Origin: Bryobacterales bacterium
Lineage (GTDB): Bacteria > Acidobacteriota > Terriglobia > Bryobacterales > Bryobacteraceae
NCBI GenBank assembly: GCA_038322705.1
Contig: JBBQGC010000016.1
Coordinates: 3,955-67,954 of the forward strand
Direction of reading: 5' to 3'
DNA length: 64,000 bases
Under the pieces are notes generated by a model that was given only the letters and a program-made list of their open reading frames with translations, did no database searches and had not been told where the DNA came from. This document shows, one piece after another, positions 1 to 8,747 of this stretch. The translations under genes and the position numbers were made by a program. The number at the start of each line of letters is the position of its first letter. Positions within the stretch are counted from its first letter, which is position 1.

Positions 1-954
1 GTGACGAGCGTGCAGGATATGTCGGCGTCGCCCGAGATACTGCGCGCCTACCAGGAGCTGCGGCGTAACGATGAACTGACGGTCCGGATCTATGCACACC
101 AACCGTTGAGCACTTGGGCAAGATTCGCGGCGATCGGCGTGGAGGCGGGGCTGGGCGATCGCTGGCTGAAGATCGGAGGGCTGAAAGGATTTGCGGACGG
201 AAGCCTCGGGTCGACGACGGCGCTGTTGTTTGAACCGTATCTGGATGCGCCGGAGACGTCCGGTCTGGCGAACTCGGAGATGATACCCGAGACGAAGATG
301 CTCGAGAACATCACGCGTGCCGATGCGGCGGGGTTGCAGGTGGCCATACACGCAATTGGTGATAAGGCGAACCACCTGATTTTGGATATGTACGAACGTG
401 CCGCGCAGCGCAACGGGCCGCGCGACCGGCGGTTCCGGATCGAGCACGCGCAGCATCTGCGGGCGGACGACATTCGCCGTTTCGGAGCGAATCGGGTGGT
501 GGCGTCGATGCAGCCGTATCACGCGATCGATGATGGGCGGTGGGCCGAAAAGCGGATTGGACCGGAGCGGGCGCGAGGAACGTACGCCTTCCGATCGCTG
601 CTGGATGCGGGCGCTGTGCTGGCGTTTGGGTCGGACTGGTTCGTGGCTCCGATGGATCCGCTGCTCGGGATCTACGCTGCAGTAACCCGGCGTACGCTGG
701 ATGACAAGCGGCCTGTGGGTTGGGTACCGGAACAGAAGATCGGCGTGGAGGAGGCGTTGAGTGCGTACACGTCAGGTTCGGCGTACGCCAGTTTCGATGA
801 GAAGGTGAAGGGCCGGATCGAGGAGGGAAAGCTGGCTGACATAGCCGTGTTGTCGGCGGACATATTAAAGATCGATCCGGTGCGAATCCGGGAGACGAAG
901 GTTCAGATGACGATTGTTGGGGGGCGGGTTGTGTACGAGAGAGGCGTTCGCTAA
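1..954 (+). CDS. Amidohydrolase-family (Amidohydro_3-like) metal-dependent hydrolase, C-terminal 317 aa; 5' end outside window
   Basis: ORF is open at base 1, stop TAA at 952-954. Motifs [15 protein letters not shown] and GSDWFVAP resemble the metal-ligand segments of this superfamily. Confidence 0.75.
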   Translation: MTSVQDMSASPEILRAYQELRRNDELTVRIYAHQPLSTWARFAAIGVEAGLGDRWLKIGGLKGFADGSLGSTTALLFEPYLDAPETSGLANSEMIPETKMLENITRADAAGLQVAIHAIGDKANHLILDMYERAAQRNGPRDRRFRIEHAQHLRADDIRRFGANRVVASMQPYHAIDDGRWAEKRIGPERARGTYAFRSLLDAGAVLAFGSDWFVAPMDPLLGIYAAVTRRTLDDKRPVGWVPEQKIGVEEALSAYTSGSAYASFDEKVKGRIEEGKLADIAVLSADILKIDPVRIRETKVQMTIVGGRVVYERGVR

Positions 955-1118
955 CTCACTATCCGTCTGAAGCTTGAGACCCTTGCGGGCGCCGGGGAGG
1001 ATTGCTTCAGGGGTCTTTTAAATGAGGTTAGTCTCGCTTTGGTGGGAGTTGCCTCCCCGGCTTAATTCCAATTCTAGGATATGGAATTCAGAAACGCAAG
1101 GATTATTTTCTTTGAAAA

Positions 1119-2012
1119 TCAAGATTTGCGGACTTCGACTCCGGCCATCTGTTCTAAGACCTTGATAGTAGAGCAGAAATCTTCTTCTGAGAATCCCATG
1201 CTGGATGCGGCCTGGAAGATTTGCTGGGTCAATCCTGTTAACGGGAGGGGCACACCGATCCGCTTTCCAGAATCGAGAGCCATGCCGACGTCCTTATGCA
1301 TCCACTTGGTGGAGAAGAGCGGGGTGAAGTTCCTGTCGAGAATGTAAGGTGCCTTAAACGAGATCAGACCGGTTTTGGCTGCACTGTTGTTGAGAATATC
1401 GAGCATCAACTCGGGCGCGATGCCGGCCTTGGTGCTGAGAACGATGCCCTCGTTGAAGGCGAGCATGATGTTGGCGAGTACGAGGTTCTGTGTGAGCTTG
1501 GCTTGGAGGCCCATGCCCGGGCCGCCGCAATAGTAGAACATCTTACCCATGGCCTCGAAGTAAGGCTTGGTGCGCTCGAATGCGGTCTGGTCGCCGCCGA
1601 TCATGAAGGTGAGCGTGCCATTTTCGGCGCCGGGCTTCGAGCCGGTGCAGGGTGCATCCAGGAAGAAGGCGCCTTTCGCAGCGAACTGCTGGCCGATGGC
1701 GACGCTGGCCTCCGGCGAGATGGTGCTGCAATCGGCGACGACGGTTCCGTTTTTAGCGCCCTGGAGGAGTCCATTGTCGCCAACCGCGATCTGGCGCGAC
1801 ATTTCGGTGTCGCCGACGCAGTAAAAAACGCACTCAGAGGCGGTTGCAACTTCGTGCGGGGAGGCGCACGCGTGGGCCTTTCCGCCGCCGGCGAGCTGGC
1901 GGGCTTTGGAGGCGTCGTGGGACCAGAGCGCGACCTCGTGTCCTGCCTGAATCAGTTTTTGGGCCATGGGCATGCCCATGATGCCGAGACCGAGAAATCC
2001 GAGTTTTGCCAT
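1119..2012 (-). CDS. NAD(P)-dependent beta-hydroxyacid dehydrogenase (3-hydroxyisobutyrate / 6-phosphogluconate dehydrogenase-like)
   Basis: Track ORF is 1119..2147. The conserved protein starts MAKLGFLGLGIMGMPMA (GxGxxG Rossmann) at ATG 2012. The 45 upstream codons look non-coding and would collide with the next gene. Confidence 0.85.
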   Translation of the reverse strand: MAKLGFLGLGIMGMPMAQKLIQAGHEVALWSHDASKARQLAGGGKAHACASPHEVATASECVFYCVGDTEMSRQIAVGDNGLLQGAKNGTVVADCSTISPEASVAIGQQFAAKGAFFLDAPCTGSKPGAENGTLTFMIGGDQTAFERTKPYFEAMGKMFYYCGGPGMGLQAKLTQNLVLANIMLAFNEGIVLSTKAGIAPELMLDILNNSAAKTGLISFKAPYILDRNFTPLFSTKWMHKDVGMALDSGKRIGVPLPLTGLTQQIFQAASSMGFSEEDFCSTIKVLEQMAGVEVRKS

Positions 2013-2070
2013 CTGTCCTGCCAGTTTATCAACCGGACAGCGGCGGAAGGAAATGCGATGCTCGCCGGGT

Positions 2071-2310
2071 TCAGGGTCGCGGCTCGGATGAGTACTGTTG
2101 AGAGGCGAGGAGCTTGAGCAGCACGAGGTCGGAAGGCTGAAACGCAAGCACGGCGGTGTGACGGACCTCGTCGTCGCCGGGCATCACCCGCTCCCGGATG
2201 AGCGCGCGCAGGTATTCGAGCGGCACTCCCAACTCGCGGGCAACTTCAATCTCGGTGTAATGCGATTTGACCGGCTTGGAGGAGGGCATGGATTTTCGTG
2301 TCAATGTCAT
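2071..2310 (-). CDS. Small hypothetical protein (79 aa), possible helix-turn-helix
   Basis: ORF 2071..2361, ATG at 2310 gives MTLTRKSMPSS... The segment TEIEVARELGVPLEYLRALIRE looks HTH-like. No family recognised. Confidence 0.35.
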   Translation of the reverse strand: MTLTRKSMPSSKPVKSHYTEIEVARELGVPLEYLRALIRERVMPGDDEVRHTAVLAFQPSDLVLLKLLASQQYSSEPRP

Positions 2311-2415
2311 TGTACGGAGTGAGGCGGGGGAGGCCCAATCGGGCGTTGTTCTTAATTCCACGGCCGGTTAGCCTCAGTACCCGGAGAGCGTAGAATCAGG
2401 TCAGGAGATCAACCG

Positions 2416-3669
2416 ATGCCCGATACTAAGACCGGCCTTCGTCCACCGACGCAAGTGCTGACACGTGGTTTCGATCCGAAGCTATCCGTGGGATCCGCGC
2501 GGCCCGCAGTGTTCCGCAGCTCGACGTACGTTTTCTCGAGCCCGGAGGCGGCAGAGCGCGCGTTCGACCTGATGGCTGGCCGCGCAAAACCAGAGGACGG
2601 CGAGCAAGTCGACCTGGTGTATTCGAGATTCAATCATCCGAACGCGGAGATTCTGGAGGACCAGATCGTTCCGCTCGAACGCGGCGCCCGCTCGGCGCTG
2701 GTGTTCAATTCCGGGATGGCCGCGATCATGACAGCGATGATGACGTTCCTGCGGCCGGGTTCGACCATCATCTATACTGTCCCGATTTATGGGGGCACGC
2801 AACACCTGATTCAGGATTTCCTGTCGATCTGGGGCGTGAACGGAGTAGCAGTGCCGGCCGGGGCGGGCGCGGCGCTGGATGATGCGATCCGCTCGGTTGG
2901 GAATGCCGCGATCGTGCTGGTGGAGACGCCGGCGAATCCCACGCTGACGATGACGGATATCCGGCGCGTAGTGAATACGGTGCGGTCGCTCGCGGCAGTG
3001 AACGGCCACGGGCGTCCGCTGGTGATGATCGACAACACGCTGCATGGTCCGGCATTTCAGCATCCGCTGGAGATTGGCGCGGACGTGGTGCTGTACTCGG
3101 CGACGAAGTATTTGTCGGGCTTGAGCGATATGATCGGCGGCGTGGCGCTGGCAGCGGATCCGGAGATCGTGCGGGCGATGCGGCCCAAACGGAGCCTGTT
3201 CGGAAACATTTTGCAGCCCGACGAGTGCTGGATGCTGGACGGGCGGCTGTCGACCGTGTCGTTGCGGATGAATCGCGCGAGCAAGAACGCGCAGCATATT
3301 GCCGAGGCGTTGGCGAAGCATCCGAAGGTAGAGCGGATGATCTATCCGACGCTCTTCGCCGATCCGGAACAGATCGCGATCTTTGAGGCGCAATGCGATT
3401 TTCCGGGAGCGATGTTCTCGATGGAAATCCGCGGCGGCAAAGCGGGAGCGTTCGAGTTTCTGCGGCACTTGAAGATCGGGCGGAACGCGGTGTCTCTGGG
3501 TGGCGTTGAGACGCTGGTGTGCCATCCCAAGACGACGACGCATTCGGGATTTACGGAGCAGGAGTTCAGAGATGCGGGCGTGACCGACGGGCTGGTGCGG
3601 GCGTCGATTGGGATCGAGGACTGGCGCGATCTGCTGGCGGATTTCGAGCACGCGCTGGAGACCGTTTAG
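2416..3669 (+). CDS. Cys/Met-metabolism PLP-dependent enzyme (cystathionine gamma-synthase / methionine gamma-lyase family)
   Basis: 417 aa with the PLP-lysine segment YSATKYLSG and family-typical N- and C-termini. AGGAG lies 8 nt upstream of the ATG. Confidence 0.85.
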   Translation: MPDTKTGLRPPTQVLTRGFDPKLSVGSARPAVFRSSTYVFSSPEAAERAFDLMAGRAKPEDGEQVDLVYSRFNHPNAEILEDQIVPLERGARSALVFNSGMAAIMTAMMTFLRPGSTIIYTVPIYGGTQHLIQDFLSIWGVNGVAVPAGAGAALDDAIRSVGNAAIVLVETPANPTLTMTDIRRVVNTVRSLAAVNGHGRPLVMIDNTLHGPAFQHPLEIGADVVLYSATKYLSGLSDMIGGVALAADPEIVRAMRPKRSLFGNILQPDECWMLDGRLSTVSLRMNRASKNAQHIAEALAKHPKVERMIYPTLFADPEQIAIFEAQCDFPGAMFSMEIRGGKAGAFEFLRHLKIGRNAVSLGGVETLVCHPKTTTHSGFTEQEFRDAGVTDGLVRASIGIEDWRDLLADFEHALETV

Positions 3670-3730
3670 GCGCGCGCCCGCAGAAGTACGGTGATGAAGG
3701 AGGCGATCGAGCGAGGCTGGCGGTAGAATC

Positions 3731-3949
3731 TTGCTCATGGACGGGCGCATTATTGCCAGTGATCTGGAGACGATGAGCGGGACGCCGGTGTTCCGAGGCA
3801 CGCGCGTTCCGCTCCAGAACCTGATTGACTATCTTAAGGGTGGTTCCTCGATTGAGGAGTTCCTGGACGACTTTCCCACGGTGAGCAGAGAGGATGCGCT
3901 CGCGATCCTCGAGCAAGCAAAGGAACTCATCCTCGCTCAGGTCGCGTGA
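3731..3949 (+). CDS. DUF433-family small protein (antitoxin-like partner of DUF5615/PIN-like toxins)
   Basis: 72 aa. The core GTPVFRGTRVPLQNLIDYLKGGSSIEEFLDDFPTVSREDA is typical of DUF433. Confidence 0.75.
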   Translation: MLMDGRIIASDLETMSGTPVFRGTRVPLQNLIDYLKGGSSIEEFLDDFPTVSREDALAILEQAKELILAQVA

Positions 3950-3981
3950 GAGTTCTGCTCGACGAATGCCTGCCGCGCGCC
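3946..3981 (+). pseudogene. 12-codon remnant of a DUF5615 (PIN/Mut7-C-like) toxin gene, truncated at the 3' end of the convergent aldo/keto reductase
   Basis: GTG at 3946 overlaps the DUF433 stop (GTGA) and reads VRVLLDECLPRA, the canonical DUF5615 N-terminus. Beyond that the frame is simply antisense to the reductase. Confidence 0.55.
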
Positions 3982-4931
3982 TATTTTTCGCGAAAGCGCC
4001 GGATTTCCTCGATTTCGTCCTGGCTTAGGCGGAAATCGAGTGCGCCAATCACTCCTGAGGTCTGCTCGGCGGAACGCATGCCGACGATGGCGGCTGTGAC
4101 CGCGGGATGACGCAAGGTCCAGGCGATCGCGACCTCACCGGCGGTGCGGCCGTGGCGCGCGCCAATCTGTTTGCACAGCTCAGCGAGGCGTAGATTACGG
4201 CTGAGCGCGGGTTCCTGGAATGCAGCGGCGCGTTTGCGGAAGTCGTCTTCGGGGAACTTGGCGACGCGCTCGGGCGTCATGGCGCCGGTCAGGAGCCCGC
4301 TCTTCATCGGCGAATACACGATCACCCCGATACCATGCTGCTGGCAATAGGGCAGGATCTCGTCTTCGATCTCAGGCGAGATCATCGAGTATGGCGGCTG
4401 CACGGATGTGATGGGCGCAACGGCCCGGCATCGCTCCATCTGCGCGACATTGAAGTTGGACAGGCCGATCCACCGGACCTTACCCTGGCGTTGAAGCCCG
4501 GCCATCGCGGTCCAGCCCTCTTCGATATCTTCCTCGGGTTGCGGCCAGTGGATCTGATAGAGGTCGATCACATCCAGCTTTAAGCGGCGGAGCGAATTCT
4601 CGCACTCCTGGCGCACCGACCCGGCTTTGAGGCGTCCGCCGATCTGGCCTTTGTCATCCCACACGCGCTCGCACTTCGTAAAAACGTACGGGCGTTTCGA
4701 AGTTCCGGCCAGGGCGCGGGCGACAACCTCCTCGGAGTGGCCCAGGCCGTACACGGCGGCGGTGTCGATCCAGTTCACTCCGCGATCAAGCGCCGAGTGA
4801 ATGGCGGCGATGGATTCGTCGTCGTCCTGCGGACCCCAACCGAATTGCCAGCCGCCACCGCCCATGGCCCAGGCGCCGACGCCGATGGGCGTCAGATTCA
4901 TCCCACTGTTACCAAGCTGCTTCAGGTTCAT
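3981..4931 (-). CDS. Aldo/keto reductase
   Basis: MNLKQLGNSG... with GVNWIDTAAVYG and IGLSNF segments. Start set at ATG 4931 rather than the track start 4967. Confidence 0.9.
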   Translation of the reverse strand: MNLKQLGNSGMNLTPIGVGAWAMGGGGWQFGWGPQDDDESIAAIHSALDRGVNWIDTAAVYGLGHSEEVVARALAGTSKRPYVFTKCERVWDDKGQIGGRLKAGSVRQECENSLRRLKLDVIDLYQIHWPQPEEDIEEGWTAMAGLQRQGKVRWIGLSNFNVAQMERCRAVAPITSVQPPYSMISPEIEDEILPYCQQHGIGVIVYSPMKSGLLTGAMTPERVAKFPEDDFRKRAAAFQEPALSRNLRLAELCKQIGARHGRTAGEVAIAWTLRHPAVTAAIVGMRSAEQTSGVIGALDFRLSQDEIEEIRRFREK

Positions 4932-5209
4932 CGCCTTCTGGACGCCAGCCCTGGAACAATGTTCCAAGCTGGAGGTAGAACGTGCCGTTTCGGGACGTAG
5001 AAGATTCCATTTCGGCAGGGGCGGGCGGGATTAGCTGTTGAAACTTAAGGGCTTCAGAATTGGCATGAGGAGTGCTCCTAAAAAGAGCGTGAAGAAAACG
5101 CTGGTAGCTCGAGGAAATCAGGCTGCTCCGCTAACAAACCCGCAAATACTCACTTCAAAGTAAGAACCCAAGATACGACCCACCATAAATCCCTGCCCAG
5201 CCGGTTTCC

Positions 5210-5245
5210 TCGACGCGCCGCACTTCTGCGGCGCTCGACGTTTTT
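5210..5245 (+). terminator. Rho-independent terminator-like hairpin with no annotated plus-strand gene upstream
   Basis: Stem GCGCCGCA / TGCGGCGC with CTTC tetraloop, extended by a further 4 bp across one bulge, followed by CG-TTTTT. Confidence 0.5.
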
Positions 5246-5252
5246 AGGGGCA

Positions 5253-5521
5253 CTACATGACTCTACGTAGCAGGTTATTGTAAGCCTCGTGCGATCCTAT
5301 CCAAGCCCAGTAAAATCCTTCGGAATCGCGGTAGCCGATAACTCGATGCGATCGCCCGACGCGCCGGTCCACACATCTCCGACTTGCTTTAAGCCCAGCG
5401 AAGGATGGAATGGGTCGTTTCGGAACAGTTCATACTGCTTGTCGGCCAGGCGCTGCACTTCTAAGGGCAAACGCCCGTATAACTCCCAGAACCGAGGTGA
5501 TGCGAAGGATCGAAAGCTCAC
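5253..5521 (-). pseudogene. RelE/ParE-superfamily toxin interrupted by a 1-nt deletion (or assembly indel)
   Basis: The GTG-5521 frame reads ...FWELYGRLPLEVQRLADKQYELFRNDPFHPSLGLKQVGDVW and then turns to nonsense. The next frame continues RRVGRSHRVIGYRDSEGFYWAWIGSHEAYNNLL to a stop at 5253, which is the expected family C-terminus. The break is near 5366. Confidence 0.7.
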
Positions 5522-5536
5522 GATCGTTCGGATGTT

Positions 5537-5761
5537 TTAGGGCTTCTCAGGCCGACTTTGCTCAAATGGACGAAACCCGCCCGAGCGCGCCGCCTGTTTG
5601 AAAGTCTCAATCAACTCGATGCCTGGGCCACCCGGCGAGAAATCGCGTTCGATTTCGGCATCCCATTCCGCCTGCTCCTGATCGGCGAACCACGCGGCAA
5701 GCTCAGCCTGCTTGTCATTGGGGAGTTTTTGGATGGCGGCTTGGATCTCCGAAACGTCCAT
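5537..5761 (-). CDS. Antitoxin-like small acidic protein (addiction-module component) upstream of the broken toxin
   Basis: 74 aa, MDVSEIQAAIQKLPNDKQAELAAWFADQEQAEWD. It ends 15 nt before the toxin start on the same strand. Confidence 0.65.
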   Translation of the reverse strand: MDVSEIQAAIQKLPNDKQAELAAWFADQEQAEWDAEIERDFSPGGPGIELIETFKQAARSGGFRPFEQSRPEKP

Positions 5762-5801
5762 ATGCTTATGCTAACTCTCTCGCGTGGAGTGATGCTTAGT
5801 C

Positions 5802-7862
5802 TTACCAAACCCGGCAAACGGATTTGCGCACCATCGGCTGACCCGCCTTACACGAGAACGCTTCGGCGAACTCGGGCAGATTCGAAACCACTCCATTGAT
5901 CCGGTATTCGCCGGGGGAGTGCGGATCCACCATCGCCGTCGCGCGTTTGCTTTCCGGACGCTCGTCTTCGCAGGCCCATTGCGCCATGCCGACGAAGAAA
6001 CGCTGGTCGGGCGTGAGGTTATCCCTGGGCTCCAGGCGCTGGCCTTCGGTCGCATGCTTCCAGGCCATATAGGCCAGCAACGTTCCACCGATGTCGGCAA
6101 CGTCCTCGCCCAGCGTGAGGCGGCTGTTGATGCGAATGTCGTCGATCACCTTGTATTGGCCGTATTGCTCGACCACGCACTCGGAGCGCTTGGAGAACTG
6201 GGCCGCGTCCTGCTTGGTCCACCAATCGGTCAGATTCCCGCGCGCGTCGAACTGCCGGCCTTCATCGTCGAAGCCATGCGTCAATTCGTGGCCGATGGTT
6301 GACCCGGTATTGCCGTAGTTGGGCGCGTCATCGAGTTTCGGGTCGAACAGGGGCGGCTGCAGAACGCCGGCTGGGAAGTTAATGTCATTCATCTGCGCGT
6401 TGTAGTAGGCGTTCACGGTGGGCGGACTCATGCCCCACTCGCCACGATCGACGGGTTTGCCGATTTTCGCCAGGTCGCGGCGCGTCTCGAACCTGGCTGC
6501 GCGCTCGACGTTGGCTAGAAATGAACCGGGCTCTATTTCGAGCGAACTGTAATCGCGCCACTTATCGGGGTAGCCGATCTTGTTCACCATCGCGTGCAAC
6601 TTCTCGAGCGCGCGCTGCTTGGTGGCATCGCTCATCCACGTGATCTGGTGCAGATCGGTTTCCATGGCCCTCTCGATCTCGCGAGTCATGGTGAGCGCGC
6701 TCGCTTTGGTGCCGGCCTCGAACGTCTTGGAGACGAACACCTGGCCAAGCGCCTCGCCCAGGTCGCGATCGACATAGCGGACACAGCGCTTCCAGCGGGG
6801 TTGCATCTGTTTGACGCCGCGGAGGAAGGCTCCATAGAACTGGAAGTTGGCCTTCTCGAAACCGGAGGATAGATACGGCGCCGCCGCGTGTACCGCGTGC
6901 CAGCGAAGATAGGTCTTCCAGGCGGCGATATTACGCGAGCTCAGTTGCGCCTGCACCTGCTTGAAAAAGGCGGGCTCGGTGACGTTTAACTCCTTGGCAT
7001 CGGGGAGGCCGGAGTCCGTCAGGTAGCGATTCCAATCGAAGGCCGGAGTGAGGGCGGCCAACTGCGCCCGCGTCATCTTGTGAAACAGCTTGTAGGGATC
7101 GCGTTTCTCGACGCGGGTCAGCGATGCTTTGGCCAGCGCGGTCTCAATGTCCATCACGGTTTGGGCGCCCGCCTTGGCCGTGGTCCGGCTATCGCCCAGT
7201 AGTTCGAACATCTGCTCGACGTGTTCCAGATACTTGGCGCGGATCTCGATCGAACGCGGATCCGTCTTGGTGTAGTAATCGCGGTCGGGGAGGCCGAGAC
7301 CGCCACCGCTGAGGAACGCGATGACACGGGTGGAATCGCCGAAATCCTGATTGGAGCCGAAGCCGAACAGGAATCCATCGCCGCTGGTTTCGGCGTGGAA
7401 TTTGGCAAGCAATGGAGGGAGCCCGGCTGTGGATTTCAGGGCCGCGATTCCGTCCAGTTCCGCGCGCAGCGGACCAAGACCGGCCTTTTCGATGGCCGCC
7501 TCGTCGATGCACGAGCCGAAGTAGTCGCCGATTTTTTGTTGCGCGGTGGACCGCTGGCTGGAGGGTTTGGCTGCTTCTTCAAGAATGCCCCAGAGGAAGC
7601 GCTGGTTGTCGTCGGTCACCTTGGCGTAGACGCTCCAGCGGGCCTGGTCAGCGGGGATCGGGTTGTTCCTGATCCAGCCGCCGCAGGAGTAAAGATAGAA
7701 GTCGGAGCAGGGATCGACGGAGCGATCCATGGCGGCGGGATCCAGGCTTGGAGTGTATGGCAGGGTGGTGAGCGGACGTTCGGCCGTGGTGGGCGGAGCG
7801 GTCTGAGCGGCTAGCGGGACGACGGCAGCCAACAACCATAGGCTGAAGCGGGCATAAGGCAT
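5802..7862 (-). CDS. M13-family zinc metallopeptidase (PepO / endothelin-converting-enzyme-like), secreted
   Basis: HELTHGFDDEG (HExxH) and GEDVADIGG motifs. Signal peptide MPYARFSLWLLAAVVPLAAQ begins at ATG 7862 (track start was 7991). Confidence 0.9.
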   Translation of the reverse strand: MPYARFSLWLLAAVVPLAAQTAPPTTAERPLTTLPYTPSLDPAAMDRSVDPCSDFYLYSCGGWIRNNPIPADQARWSVYAKVTDDNQRFLWGILEEAAKPSSQRSTAQQKIGDYFGSCIDEAAIEKAGLGPLRAELDGIAALKSTAGLPPLLAKFHAETSGDGFLFGFGSNQDFGDSTRVIAFLSGGGLGLPDRDYYTKTDPRSIEIRAKYLEHVEQMFELLGDSRTTAKAGAQTVMDIETALAKASLTRVEKRDPYKLFHKMTRAQLAALTPAFDWNRYLTDSGLPDAKELNVTEPAFFKQVQAQLSSRNIAAWKTYLRWHAVHAAAPYLSSGFEKANFQFYGAFLRGVKQMQPRWKRCVRYVDRDLGEALGQVFVSKTFEAGTKASALTMTREIERAMETDLHQITWMSDATKQRALEKLHAMVNKIGYPDKWRDYSSLEIEPGSFLANVERAARFETRRDLAKIGKPVDRGEWGMSPPTVNAYYNAQMNDINFPAGVLQPPLFDPKLDDAPNYGNTGSTIGHELTHGFDDEGRQFDARGNLTDWWTKQDAAQFSKRSECVVEQYGQYKVIDDIRINSRLTLGEDVADIGGTLLAYMAWKHATEGQRLEPRDNLTPDQRFFVGMAQWACEDERPESKRATAMVDPHSPGEYRINGVVSNLPEFAEAFSCKAGQPMVRKSVCRVW

Positions 7863-8376
7863 GATGGTACAGATGCCCGAGCACGGAGTGCAGTTACTTG
7901 ATTTGGCGCTATTTCGGCAACTTACCGGCCGCGCGCGCGAGTCGCCCCGGTTGCGGACCAACCATAATTTCCACTCGGGTATGGAGGACAATCCGCACCG
8001 TTTCCTGAATGTGCTGATTCGAGGTACCTACATCGCGCCGCACCGGCATCTGGATCCGCCAAAAGCGGAATCGTTCCTGGTGCTGGAAGGCGAGATCGCG
8101 TTTTTCACCTTCGATGACGGGGGCGCGGCCGTTAGCCGGCATATTCTGGGCGGCGAAACCGTGGGAATCGATATCGCGCCGGGGATTTGGCACACGCTGG
8201 CGGTACTCAGCGATCACGCGGTTTGTTATGAGGTGAAGCCCGGGCCTTACTGCGCGGCCAACGATAAGGACTTTGCAGCGTGGGCGCCGCGGGAGGGCGA
8301 TCCTGCCGCGAAGGCTTATCTCGAGCGGTTGATCGCCATGCCGCCGCGGCGCACCATCTCCGTGGATACGCCGTAG
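7861..8376 (+). CDS. WbuC-family cupin-fold metalloprotein
   Basis: Segments PRLRTNHNFH and RGTYIAPHRHLDPPKAESFLVLEGEIAFFTFDD match the WbuC pattern. The start could instead be Met5 at 7873. Confidence 0.7.
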   Translation: MMVQMPEHGVQLLDLALFRQLTGRARESPRLRTNHNFHSGMEDNPHRFLNVLIRGTYIAPHRHLDPPKAESFLVLEGEIAFFTFDDGGAAVSRHILGGETVGIDIAPGIWHTLAVLSDHAVCYEVKPGPYCAANDKDFAAWAPREGDPAAKAYLERLIAMPPRRTISVDTP

Positions 8377-8602
8377 GCCGTGTGCGCGATCGCGGAGAAC
8401 AGATGCATGCGCACGGGTACTCGCCTGGCGACCGGGCGGGTCCTGTGGCTGATAATCCAATCTCGTCCATTAATTAATATCCATGCCGCCAAACCGAACC
8501 CTGTTCCCGCCGCCCAGGAGAGCTGTGGAAATCGCGCCGCTGCGCCACCATAGATCACGCCCATGATCAGACTTTGCCGGTCTCGGGAGCGGACACTTTC
8601 AT
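8316..8602 (-). pseudogene. Small membrane protein whose start is separated from its body by a 1-nt deletion (or assembly indel)
   Basis: On the minus strand, GAGGAGG plus 5 nt precedes ATG 8602, reading MKVSAPETGKV-stop. One extra A in the AAA run (plus-strand TTT 8573-8575) gives MKVSAPETGKSLIMGVIYGGAAARFPQLSWAAGTGFGLAAWIL..., joining ORF 8316..8774. Confidence 0.45.
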
Positions 8603-8747
8603 GAAACCTCCTCGCGCGAATTCGGAATAATCTGGATTCAAGATACGCGACCTGAATGCCGATGGGGTAAGTATGATCGAATGCGGGCCTAAGTCCCGTT
8701 GGCTGTGCTACACTCGACGGTTCCTCCTCCGCTCGAGCAGTAACCAC

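Noticed and set aside
2482-3801. Very long antisense ORFs. Examples: 2482..3801 (-), 14821..16155 (+), 17433..18797 (-), 32591..33529 (+), 36033..37085 (+), 59262..60860 (-), 60894..62087 (-).
   Set aside because: Each lies opposite a gene with clear conserved motifs (PLP enzyme, wzt, TonB receptor, selD, ispG, metH). Their translations are Arg/Ala/Gly/Pro/His-rich low-complexity strings. This is typical of stop-poor shadow frames in GC-rich DNA.
5065-5163. 32-codon basic ORF in the low-GC spacer.
   Set aside because: It has no Shine-Dalgarno-like sequence or recognisable family, so it is kept only as a note under the orphan-terminator finding.
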